This document shows positions 1 through 10,938 of a stretch of DNA of 64,000 nucleotides, piece by piece (position 1 is the first letter of the stretch; every line of letters begins with the position of its first letter). The notes beneath the pieces were generated by a model. The model was not told where the DNA came from and made no database searches. It worked only from the letters and a program-made list of their open reading frames with translations. A program made the position numbers and the translations under genes. This DNA is from Octopus bimaculoides (taxonomy: Eukaryota), in assembly GCF_001194135.2 (NCBI RefSeq), contig NC_068981.1, positions 176,783,966-176,847,965 of the forward strand, in the 5' to 3' direction.

Positions 1-6
1 TATATA

Positions 7-300
7 TTTCGAGCGAGAAGGATTTTCGAGCGAGATTGTTGCCAGTGCCCCTGGACTGGCTCTTGTGCGGGTGGCACATAAAATACACCATTTTGAGCAT
101 GGCTGTTGCCAGTACCGCCTGACTGGCCTTCGTGCCGGTGGCACGTAAAAGCACCCACTACACTCTCTGAGTGGTTGGCGTTAGGAAGGGCATCCAGCTG
201 TAGAAACTCTGCCAAATCAGATTGGAGCCTAGTGTTGCCATCTGGTTTCACCAGTCTTCAGTCAAATTGTCCAACCCATGCAAGCATGGAAAGTAACTGT
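7..300 (+). mobile_element. 5'-truncated RTE-clade LINE, 3' UTR fragment
   Basis: Contains GTTGGCGTTAGGAAGGGCATCCAGCTGTAGAAACTCTGCCA...CATGGAAA, shared with about 15 other copies in the window. The copies at 29908-30240 and 57536-58290 link this sequence to RTE ORF C-terminal codons. Confidence 0.8.
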
Positions 301-471
301 TGTCGCTGATATATCAACATCAAATCACAACACCGTGTGACCTTCCTCAACCAATTGTAGTCCACTTTACAGATATAACAATCAACTTCTCTCATTCAAA
401 TTCAAAATGACTAAAGATAAGCATCATGCTTGAAACTCAGAGTACCAACAAATTTGAATCAAACTGTTTTG

Positions 472-518
<47 letters not shown>

Positions 519-971
519 TACACACACACATATATATATAAAATTTGTCTTAAGGGAAATTAAATTTCACTAGCAAATCAGGGTTTCTGCCTTCTTTCCT
601 TTTCAATCTAAATCATCTAAAGCAGTTCTTTTAATTTATATGTTAGCCTGCCATAGCATATTGATAATTAAAGTTAATTTCATACTCCTCATTCAAGCCT
701 GATCAATCTCGTTGCCATAGAACAGCATTTTGAAACTCTCATTGATTTCTATTTGTAGCAAAGTGCTTCAGGGATAAAACTTTCAAATATGAATGTTCTT
801 GTGTAGGTGTGTCTAACATAACATGTGAAGTATGTGAAAAAAAAAATACCAATATATAATCAGTTATTATGCCTGTAACAGAAAATATATTTTTGTTCAT
901 TCATGCAGGTACTTGTGAAAAAATATGAATGTATAAAGACTATATCAGTAACAACAGATTGGTTGCTTAGG

Positions 972-1021
<50 letters not shown>

Positions 1022-2010
1022 NNNNNNNNNNNNNNNNNNNNNNNNNNNNNNNNNNNNNNNNNNNNNNNNNNNNNNNNNNNNNNNNNNNNNNNNNNNNNNN
1101 NNNNNNNNNNNNNNNNNNNNNNNNNNNNNNNNNNNNNNNNNNNNNNNNNNNNNNNNNNNNNNNNNNNNNNNNNNNNNNNNNNNNNNNNNNNNNNNNNNNN
1201 NNNNNNNNNNNNNNNNNNNNNNNNNNNNNNNNNNNNNNNNNNNNNNNNNNNNNNNNNNNNNNNNNNNNNNNNNNNNNNNNNNNNNNNNNNNNNNNNNNNN
1301 NNNNNNNNNNNNNNNNNNNNNNNNNNNNNNNNNNNNNNNNNNNNGTGTATGCATGTGTGTGAGAGAGAGAGAGAGAGTGTGTGTGTGAGTGTGTGTGTGT
1401 GTGTGCATGAGTGCGTTTATTTATCATATGATTTTGTTCATGAACTGTATTCATTATAAGGTATCACCTACCATCTTGAAAACCTGCGTGCACACCAGGT
1501 ATCTGGTACATGTTTCCTGCTCAGCTAACAATTAATTGTTTCTACCATCATTCATTTGCCAGCAGTAAACATTTAGTCTAAATGTTTGCTGAGTAATATG
1601 TAAAGCATATCATTAATCACTGTTACAAATAAAGCTGTTGGTTAGTGTGGGTTTTTATTGATTGAATTCAGCATTAATCCACATAATGTTTTATCCTGTT
1701 GGTAACTCAAATTAGTAGATAAGTAGAGGTTGAGTAGATAAATTATAGAATCACAGCTCATGGGTCAAGAGTTTACATCCATTAAAGGTATTTTGTGTTT
1801 CTGGGTAAATCACTTTACTTGAATTTCTTTAATTTCTACATTTCACTTAGCTGTCAGGACATACAAGAGCAATTTGATTTTGATATCCTGAACAGGAGCT
1901 AAACACAGTCTTGTGAAAATATTTCTTTTCATTCTAATTTCAAAATCATGTAACATTTTCATTAAGTCATTAATGACACTCAGTGTTGTTCCTTAGGTTA
2001 CTAACATGTT

Positions 2011-2326
2011 AAAAAAAATAAACGTTGCCCTTTCAAAGCCTAGCCAGGCTCATGGGCCCGGTTTCCTGGTTTCTATGGCGTATGTGTTCCCCCCAGCTGG
2101 ACGGGACGCCAGTCCATCGTAGCTTTACTCAAGAAACAGGAAGGAAGAGTTAGAGAAAGTTGGAGCAAAAGAGAACAATAGGGGTCGCCACCACCCCCTG
2201 CCAGAGCCTTGTGGAGCTTAGGTGTTTTCGCTCAATAAACACTCACAAAGCCCAGTCAGGGAATCGAAACCGCGATCCTCCGACCGCGAGTCTGCTGCCC
2301 TAACCACTGGGCCATTGCATCTCCAC
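2011..2326 (-). mobile_element. tRNA-derived SINE, group B (head 1 + tail x)
   Basis: Head and body match 48145-48330. The tail (CCGGGCCCATGAGCCTGGCTAGGCTTT on the minus strand) matches 26835-26940. Confidence 0.85.
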
Positions 2327-2801
2327 ACTCCCTAACATGATGCCATTCTTATTTATACAAGATTGGTATGATCAATGGAGTTGCTGAATGGTTAGAGCAT
2401 TGAAAAAATTACCACAGTTGAACTTCAGATTGCAAACACTTCTCATCACAAATGAACTGGTTTACAAGCAATTTTTCAAGCATAAAATGTCTCAGGTGAT
2501 GAACAGTGTCTTGAGAAATGAACACACAAGCTGGCAACAACAGTTGGTGACAAACTGAGATTATCAGCAGAAGGGAGTCAGTTGCTGTCTACTTTCACTC
2601 AATGCACATCCTTGCTTGAATTCACAATGCCTTCTTTTGAATTTTCTATGGGAAAAGATGTTTTATATGATACATTCTACCAGTGTCCCAAGTTTGAAAG
2701 TGTTTCATTAAGAAAACAAGTGGCGCCCGCCAAATCAGAAATATCCCAAATTTCTATTAAAAACTGGCTGTCATTATATTAAAAATAAATCCTTATTATA
2801 A

Positions 2802-2960
2802 GCAGGATTGGCTGTGTGGTAAGTAGCTTGCTTACCAGCCACATGGTTCCGGGTTCAGTCCTACTGCATGGCATCTTGGGCAAGTGTCTTCTAGTATAGC
2901 CTTGGGCCAACCAAAGCCTTGTGAGTGGATTTGGTAGACGCAAACTGAAAGAAGCCTATC

Positions 2961-3000
<40 letters not shown>

Positions 3001-3217
3001 TTGTGTGTCTGTGTTTGTCCCCCCACCATCGCTTGACAACCGATGCTGGTGTGTTTACGTCCCAGTAACTTACCAGTTTGGCAAAATAGACCGATAGAAT
3101 AAGTACTAGGCTTACAAAGAATAAGTCCTGGGGTCGATTTTTTCGACTACTAGGCGGTTCTCCAGCTTGGCCACAGTCAAATGACTGAAACAAGTAAAAG
3201 AATAAAAGAATAAGAAT
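2802..3217 (+). mobile_element. Full-length tRNA-derived SINE, group A
   Basis: A-box-like TGGCTGTGTGG, B-box-like GGGTTCAGTCC, internal (TG)n and a TAAAAGA(A/G) tail. Near-identical copies at 22358, 39230, 41401 and 54548. Confidence 0.9.
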
Positions 3218-3590
3218 ATCAGAGGTTGGTGTTATAATATAAGTAAAAGTTCCAGAAAACTTCCAATTGTATTCTGCAGACATGGGTATGCAGTTAAGAC
3301 CTTGGCTTCATGACCACATGGTTCCAGGTTCAGTCCCACAGCATGCTACTTTGGGCAGATGACTGCAACTACTGACATGGTGTGACAGTTGGAAATGAGT
3401 GTCACCATTATACCAGCAGTGTCATCCATTTCCAATATTCTGCACAAGCATGTCTGACAAAGAAGAAATATTACTTTACATGGAAACAAGTGAGGGTTAG
3501 TGACAAGAAGGGTATCTAGTCATACAAAACCTGTTTCAATAAACTCAGTATAACCCATGCAAGTATGGAAAAGCAGGCATTAAAACAATG

Positions 3591-3650
<60 letters not shown>

Positions 3651-3652
<2 letters not shown>

Positions 3653-3858
3653 GATGGTGAACTGACAGAATCCTTAGCATGCCAGGTAAAATGCTTAGTG
3701 GTATTTCATCCGTTTGAATTCAAATTTCACCGGGGTCGACTTTGCTTTTCATTCTTTTGGGGTTGATAAAATAAGTACCTGTTGAGCACTGAGGTCAATC
3801 TAATTGACTTAGCCCCTCCCCTAAACATGCTGGCCTTGTGTAAAAACTTGAAACCATT
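3651..3858 (+). mobile_element. tRNA-derived SINE, group C, flanked by (ATT)n on both sides
   Basis: Degenerate A box (CTGACAGAATC), then the core GTCGACTTTGC.TTTCAT.CTTT.GGGGT.GATAAAATAAGTACC. About 13 copies in the window. Confidence 0.85.
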
Positions 3859-3874
3859 ATTGTTATTATTATTA

Positions 3875-3906
<32 letters not shown>

Positions 3907-3934
3907 GTTATTATTATTATTATTATTATTATTG

Positions 3935-3965
<31 letters not shown>

Positions 3966-3989
3966 CATCATCATCATCATCATTATGAG

Positions 3990-4318
3990 TAGGATTGAGG
4001 TAACTCCTCCAGAAGGTATACAGAAGCAAAAAAAAAGATGAGTACTATTGTTATCAAGTGAACGATATTTTGGCGTCTAGTGTACCTTCCACAGGTTCAA
4101 AAAATAAACTTGTCAATCTACTTCATTTTTGGTAATGGCACTCTTCTTTTTCTTGCTTTTGTATACCTTCTGGAGGGGTTACCTCAATCCTATAAGATAT
4201 TACCAAAAATGAAGTAGATTGACAAGTTTATGTTTTGAACCTGTGGAAGGCACACTAGATGCCGAAATATCGTTCACTTGATAACAACGGCACTCTTCTT
4301 TTTTTTTGGCTTTTGTAT
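3990..4318. mobile_element. Inverted/tandem duplicated segment carrying a hammerhead-like motif (probable Penelope-like pLTR remnant)
   Basis: Arrangement A1(3990-4046) A2(4047-4136) A1rc(4137-4192) A2rc(4199-4287) partial A1rc(4288-4318). The motif TGAAC-CTGTGGA-A-GGCA..TGCC-GAAA-TATC-GTTCA lies at 4236-4276. Confidence 0.6.
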
Positions 4319-4323
4319 TATTA

Positions 4324-4372
<49 letters not shown>

Positions 4373-4719
4373 GTATCACTAATCAAGGTTTTGCATCATG
4401 TCCTGGGTAAAAAAAAATACTGACAGTGTTTCACAAATCAGAATAGAAAGCATTTTTTTAAAAATGCACTTTAAAAATTGTTCAAAATTGAAGTTTAACC
4501 AGTTCGGTCAATGCATACTATAATAAAAAAAAAAAAGCCAGGTCAGAAATACTGACTGAAAAAAAGAAAAGATCATTAATAAAGCTAAAATTTCAACAAA
4601 AGAGATAGAACCATCTTTCTGTGGCTTCAAAAGTTTTCCAGTTTTCCAAACATTTCTTTGTTTTCTTTTCTTCACTGTTAATTCCCAAAGTCAGGCCAAT
4701 AAGTTTATTATATCAACAG

Positions 4720-4792
4720 ATCTTGCCCTGCCATAGTATATTATTACAGTACAATATCTCCAGCTGTAGGAGATGCTGTTGACACAAGACAG
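4720..4792 (+). CDS. Candidate short internal exon, unknown protein (SCPAIVYYYSTISPAVGDAVDTRQ)
   Basis: Acceptor tatcaacag and donor CAG|gtcagt bound 73 nt with one open frame. No recognisable homology. Confidence 0.2.
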
Positions 4793-4914
4793 GTCAGTTA
4801 AATGTTACAATATCCCAACTGTTCCTCACGACTGACCTTTGACTGTTGTTTGAGATTTCATCTCTTATCTCTCAGGACACACTTTCTTTTCTTTTGTCAT
4901 GTAGACATTAGGAG

Positions 4915-4985
<71 letters not shown>

Positions 4986-5961
4986 CACACACACACATAC
5001 ACACACACACACTCATTCACATAAAGTCATTTTCATACATGTAGTCATGTGTACAGTTTGTACTATTATTTAAAATAATATAAAGCCTAAGTCACTAGCT
5101 AATTATATAAATATTAACACATATAGTTAATTTAATTGGATAAAAATAATAGATTAAAGAAAATTTAGAGCTATTTCAGCATCTCTGTACACATAAGCAT
5201 ACTCCACACACACACACACACATACTTATAGATACAATAACTCAATATATTTGTAAATATATATAAGTATATATACACACATACATCAACATGTAGAGGC
5301 ACTTTCAATATTAATCTACTGAAAGCTCAATTTAAGATACTAACATAGTGTAACCAGCCATATCTAATTAGTTCCCAGCACACATCTTTCATTATCCAAA
5401 CATTCATTAAAAGGTATTTATTCCATATTGTAAATGTGTTCGAAATGAAGAAAAGGTATTTTAAAACAACTCTTAATTCCTTTCTGCTATCAGAAATATT
5501 TAGCTCATCATTTCCACCTTAATTTAATATCAACATGATAAATTTGAATTTGGATTATTTTTCTTTTGTTTTTTTTTTTGTTTTATCTATGACCGTTAAC
5601 AGAATGTGTTTCAGTGCTGCAGTGCATCAGAGCTTATCCCAGTTCTGAAAACATTTAAGTAGTTTTAGAGAATGCACTTCCTCTGAACCGGATGGCAGTC
5701 TTCTACATATTTTTTTGCCCATGGGAGGATATGAACTCATCAATGCACACAATTAGTCAATCAATCATTGTTTGTTAGAGCACTGACCTGTACGCTCTCC
5801 ATCACACTGCTAATTATACAGCTAAATAGACTGGATCATTGAGGGACAAGTACTTCTAACAGGCTGGCACCCTATCACCTCAACCTGCTACTACATTTTA
5901 CATCAGTATTATTACTATCATTATTATTATTATTATTTTTATTATTATTATTATTATTATT

Positions 5962-6849
5962 GTTCAGTAGTTTTATTTTTATAACGTGCTTTCACTTCAC
6001 TACCGAGCACAGCTCTGTGTGCCTTGGGTATGTGCTGTGGTTTGCTGTGATGCTCTTATGGTTACTGTATTGAAAGTGTTTTGCATAGGATGTGTGCAGT
6101 GCCCAGTAGTGCAATTTTCTGTACGTTACATATATTTGTAAGTCCTGGTGTTTTTGTTATGTATTTGTCTGAATATTTTTTTATTATACCTAAGGCACNN
6201 NNNNNNNNNNNNNNNNNNNNNNNNNNNNNNNNNNNNNNNNNNNNNNNNNNNNNNNNNNNNNNNNNNNNNNNNNNNNNNNNNNNNNNNNNNNNNNNNNNNN
6301 NNNNNNNNNNNNNNNNNNNNNNNNNNNNNNNNNNNNNNNNNNNNNNNNNNNNNNNNNNNNNNNNNNNNNNNNNNNNNNNNNNNNNNNNNNNNNNNNNNNN
6401 NNNNNNNNNNNNNNNNNNNNNNNNNNNNNNNNNNNNNNNNNNNNNNNNNNNNNNNNNNNNNNNNNNNNNNNNNNNNNNNNNNNNNNNNNNNNNNNNNNNN
6501 NNNNNNNNNNNNNNNNNNNNNNNNNNNNNNNNNNNNNNNNNNNNNNNNNNNNNNNNNNNNNNNNNNNNNNNNNNNNNNNNNNNNNNNNNNNNNNNNNNNN
6601 NNNNNNNNNNNNNNNNNNNNNNNNNNNNNNNNNNNNNNNNNNNNNNNNNNNNNNNNNNNNNNNNNNNNNNNNNNNNNNNNNNNNNNNNNNNNNNNNNNNN
6701 NNNNNNNNNNNNNNNNNNNNNNNNNNNNNNNNNNNNNNNNNNNNNNNNNNNNNNNNNNNNNNNNNNNNNNNNNATTATATGTTTTTGATAATTTCTGGTG
6801 GGGAGGCTTTGGTCTTGTGCAGCAATTACAAATCCTTCAGTCTCTGCTT
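5962..6849 (-). mobile_element. R4/Dong-clade (RLE) non-LTR retrotransposon, 3' fragment spanning a gap
   Basis: Reads AETEGFVIAAQDQSLPTRNYQKHI before the gap and ALGIIKKY...QKIALLGTAHILCKTLSIQ* after it, which are characteristic R4/Dong C-terminal motifs. A short 3' UTR runs into (TAA)n. Confidence 0.85.
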
Positions 6850-6907
6850 GTGAGTGGATTTGGTAGGCGGAAACTGAAAGAAGACCGTCATATATATATA
6901 TATGTGG

Positions 6908-6941
<34 letters not shown>

Positions 6942-7150
6942 TTGTGTCTGTGCTTGTCCCCCCAACATCGCTTGACAACTGATGCTGGTGTGTTTACATC
7001 CCTGTAACTTAGCGGTTTGACAAAAGAGACCAATAGGATAAGTACTAGGCTTCCAAAGAATAAGTCCTGGGGTTGATTTGCTCGACTAAAGGCGGTGCTC
7101 CAGCATGGCTGCAGTCAAATGACTGAAACAGGTAAAAGAGTAAAAGAAAA
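6847..7150 (+). mobile_element. Group A SINE lacking its tRNA head, fused to the Dong fragment
   Basis: Starts at CTTGTGAGTGGATTTGG and continues through the full group A tail. Confidence 0.85.
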
Positions 7151-7321
7151 GAGAGAGTGTAGAAGCGTTCTTGTTGTTCAATCAAGAATTAACTTAAGCT
7201 ATCCCTCTGCAAGAGAGAAATAAACATTAAAAATTAATTTGTACTTACTTCTTGTTATTCCTTTCAAACTAATTCATATAGAAAAAATATGTCTATTATA
7301 CAAGAGATTCTTCAGAAATAT

Positions 7322-7535
7322 TGATTTCAAATATTGGCACAAGGCAAGCAGTTTCAAGAAGGAGTTAAGTTGATTACTTTAACCCCAGTATTCGATTGGT
7401 ACTTATTTTACTGACTCCAAAATGATGAAAGGCAAAGTTGTCCTCGGCAAAATTTGAACTCAGAACAAGTAGACAGACTTAATGCTGTAAAGCAGTTTGC
7501 CCAGCAATCTAATGGTTCTGCCAGCATGCCACCTT
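7322..7535 (-). mobile_element. Group C SINE (diverged); further copies at 13843-14043(-), 15378-15603(+), 27335-27520(+), 29035-29248(+), 33703-33925(+), 34255-34397(-), 38442-38650(+), 47108-47400(+), 62700-62790(-)
   Basis: Share the GAGTTCAAATTCC B box and the GGGGTCGATAAAATAAGTACCAG core. Boundaries are approximate. Confidence 0.8.
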
Positions 7536-8459
7536 CTATTGCTTCTTCAGAAATATAATCAACTGTATTTATTCAATAAAGCAGTTATTGCAAAATATTT
7601 GAGAATGAAATTCCTGTATTGTTTCTTACTTCATTTTGAAGATTGCTTTCTTACTTTCCAACTTAATCCTTTATTAACTAGCCACACTTCTGTTATTTTG
7701 GAAGAGATTTTCAATGGCTACAGAAGCCCAATCTTTTTCTTTAAATATGACACATATAGAACTCTTTGAGATAGGATTATTGCCCGGTGGAAATATTTTC
7801 TTTTGTCAAGTTTTTGATATTTGATCAAATAAGATCTTAAGTCAAACATTTAACATAGTCAAGATAAAAATAAGGTACCTCCAGGGCAGCCAGAATTTTA
7901 GAAGTTTATCGAGGTGCTGGTGTGGGCGTTGAGGGTGGGAAACTTGACAGATAAATGTTTTGATAGCTAAAATTATGTGTAAGGAATGATTTATACTACA
8001 GAAGTCTTGCCCCAGAGCACTTTTTGCTTGTTTAGCTTGAAGTACCTAACACACTGTAGGTTTGAAGATTAAGATGTTTACAGAGATCACCAAGTATACT
8101 TTTTTTTTTCAGTTCACAAATGAGCAACAGAAAAAGATTGAATATAAAAATATATAAACCTGATCGTTTTCTTTCTTTCCTTACTTTTTTTAGGGTGGAC
8201 TCACATTTTTTTTTATCAACTCAATTCTTCAAAAACTTTAGTTGTCATATATGGTACCATATTTCTGTAATATAACAAATTCTATTGCATCTTTTCCTGC
8301 ACTTCTTGGTGGTTGCTATAACATGACACTTTGAGCAAGTGTCTTTTGTTATAGTCCTGGGCTGACCAAAGCCTTTTGAGTGGATTTGGTAGAGAGAAAC
8401 TGAAAGAAGTCTGTCGTATATGTATAAATATATATATATATATAAATATTCAAGCAAGG

Positions 8460-8685
8460 TCATTGCCAGTGCAGCTGGAATGGCTCCTGTGCAGGTGGCA
8501 CATAAAATACACCATTTTGAGCATGGCTGTTGCCAGTATCACCTAACTGGCCCTCGTGCTGGTGGCACGTAAAAGCACCCACTACACTCTCGGAGTGGTT
8601 GGCGTTAGGAAGGGCACCCAGCTGTAGAAACTCTGCCAGATCAGATTGGAGCCTGGTGTAGCCATCCGGTTCACCAGTCCCCAGT
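8460..8685 (+). mobile_element. RTE 3' UTR fragment; further copies at 3395-3590(+), 12925-13035(-), 21915-22200(-), 25608-25790(-), 25993-26195(+), 33280-33410(-), 40955-41160(+), 43012-43150(-), 43205-43460(+), 49860-50180(+)
   Basis: Share the GGAAGGGCATCCAGCTGTA motif, and most end in a (GAT)n tail. Boundaries are approximate. Confidence 0.8.
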
Positions 8686-9270
8686 TGTATGTGTGTGTCT
8701 CTTTATGCTTGTGTTTGTGTCCACCCCCACCCCCATCACTACTTGACAATTTGTGTTAGCTTGTTTATGCCTCCATAACCTAGCAGTTCAGCAGAATGTA
8801 TTTGATAGAATAAGTAGTAGACTTTAAAAGCAAATAATAAGTGCTGGGGTTGATTGTTTGACTAAACCCTTCAAATAAATGCTGTCTTTCAATCTTCATT
8901 TTAGTAGAAAGTCAAGAGAGAAGTTACAATACCAAAAACTCTTTTAGAGTTTTTTATGCTGAAGAATAACTAGATGATTTAACATAGTTATTGTTTCTAT
9001 TCAATTATCACAAATTTCTGGATGATAGCAAAACATTAGTTCTAGGGATTTCAGTTCTAGACAAGAAGGCTTGAGCTGAGTTTATCTTAGTTTTAAGTCT
9101 CTGATGTGAGACTTGTTGTCATCCCAATACAACATACAAATATTTCATCATTTCAAATCCACTCAAGTGAGGAACATGTCTTTTGATAGGATTCATGATA
9201 AATCCATCCTCTTTTAACTGATTTAATTATAAATATTGAGATGCCTTGAATTTGTAGATTATTGACTTAA

Positions 9271-9499
9271 TCTTTTAGCATTCAGATTAATTCATCAAAT
9301 GTAACACTTATTTATCCACATTGTTTCAAATTAATCATGTATTGTATTATTACGTAGTTTTATAATCTCACAAAGCTACGAGATAATGTTTATATTTACA
9401 ATGACATTGTAGGGTAGTTTGAGAGGCCAAATATGGCCAGTTTGAATATAAATAGATCAAATATTCGGACCAGATATGGCCTGTTTGAGTTCTAAAGTG
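9271..9499 (+). mobile_element. piggyBac-like MITE; second copy at 13493-13711(-), third at 55634-56075(-)
   Basis: TTAA on both sides here. Degenerate TIRs of consensus CCCTTTAGCATT / AATGCTAAAGGG. Confidence 0.7.
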
Positions 9500-9724
9500 T
9501 TAATATTTCTTTCTGAAAGAATTCATTGAAAATATTTAAGTTCAAATTTAGGATTTTTCAATCACCTGTGTTTTTGTTAGTATTTTAGTTGGTGAATGTG
9601 GGTACCAACCCATCTGTTTGTGCATGTAATATATTTAGAGGAAACAATGGTGTTTTTATTATTTTAGAGATAATGGTCTTCCATTAAAGCGTACTAATTT
9701 ATAAATAGCATTTCATACATCTTA

Positions 9725-10028
9725 CTTAATATGGATATACTGTAAGAAAGCAACAACACTACAGTATTCATCTGGAGAAAGCTTCTTGTATAGACATATA
9801 GTGCTAAAAAGCACATGAGTGTTTCAGTAGTAGACAAAAAGCATTTGACAGTGGCAATAGACTTTGTAGGTCTGGGATTTCTGCATATTTGTACATCATC
9901 AATAGCAAGTATCAACCACATGCTTAGCTTCTACTGATATAGAAAACAATGATTAACAAATCACTGGGGGGTTATTTGCAATGAATGCCATAGTGCTATG
10001 GGTTTCTTACAGTATATCCACATTAAGG
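9725..10028. mobile_element. MITE with about 25-bp TIRs, probable TA target (Tc1/mariner-like)
   Basis: CTTAATATGGATATACTGTAAGAAA (9725-9749) and TTTCTTACAGTATATCCACATTAAG (10003-10027) are 24/25 reverse complements. TA lies close to both ends. Confidence 0.65.
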
Positions 10029-10601
10029 TATACAGATTGCTCTTTTTAACTAATACTGCTTCCATTGCAAATAACAAATTCTTACTAACCTTTAAGTTTG
10101 AAAACCCAATAAAATTATTTGGAAATTTTTTTTGAATAGATTTATTGTAGCAAAATGTATTGATTATTTTATCCCTGGCTTATTGAATGCTGAAAAAAAA
10201 ATTATTAAAAAATTTGAGTGACATTTTATCACAAAATTAAAAAAAGAAAATATAAATGCATCTAATTTATTTGTTTCTTTTCTGGTTTGAGTTAGATAAA
10301 TGGGCCTAGCAATATTTTGAAGTTATCTATAAAATGAGAAGAAACTTAGTGGTATTATGTTCCTCATAACACCTTATACTAAGTTATTATATACTATATA
10401 TTATGAGTAATATAAAGTTAATATCATTGAAATTAGTTCTCTATCATACTGGCATATCTTTTATACTTTGATACAGCATAAAAAATATGCAAATTCAATA
10501 CTAGATGATACTACAGTTCTACATTTAAGAGATGAGGAATTATGTGCATTATTTACATTATTTACATTTGACAGATATTTGTCCTCATCTTGTTTGTTGT
10601 T

Positions 10602-10647
10602 AACACAATGCTTCGGCTGATATACCCTCCAGCCTTCATCAGGTGTC
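10602..10647 (-). ncRNA. Minimal hammerhead ribozyme-like motif (left arm copy, degenerate helix III)
   Basis: Reads GACAC-CUGAUGA-A-GGCUG(10-nt loop)CAGCC-GAAG-CAUU-GUGUU. Stems I and II pair, but GAAA is changed to GAAG. Confidence 0.65.
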
Positions 10648-10897
10648 TTGGGGAAATTTCTAACCTGCATTCTCATTCCTAAGGTATTTTTCGATGTTAT
10701 TATTATTATTATTGTTCAGGTCACTGCTTGGAATCGAGCTCGGAATCTTGGGGTTAAGAGCACAAGCTACTAACCCCAAGATTCCGAGTTAGATTCCAGG
10801 CAGTGACCTGAACAATAATAATAGTAATAATAGTAATAATAATAATAACATCAAAAAATACCTTAGGAATGAGAACGCAGGTTCAAAATTTCCCCAA

Positions 10898-10938
10898 GAC
10901 ACCTGAAGAAAGCTGAAGGGTATATCAGCTGAAACGTT
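10898..10938 (+). ncRNA. Minimal hammerhead ribozyme-like motif (right arm copy, 3' strand of stem I deleted)
   Basis: Reads GACAC-CUGAAGA-A-AGCUG(10-nt loop)CAGCU-GAAA-CGUU. The core is intact but GUGUU is missing. Confidence 0.65.

Noticed and set aside
2340-2780. Non-repeat segment with fragments resembling an RT QGC.LS motif or a piggyBac cysteine-rich tail
   Set aside because: All frames have multiple stops and the two interpretations conflict, so it cannot be assigned.
7875-7975. GC-rich patch with open frames on both strands (RAARILEVYRGAGVGVE / IKTFICQVSHPQRPHQHLDKLLKFWLPW)
   Set aside because: Splice sites are weak on both strands and no motif is recognisable.
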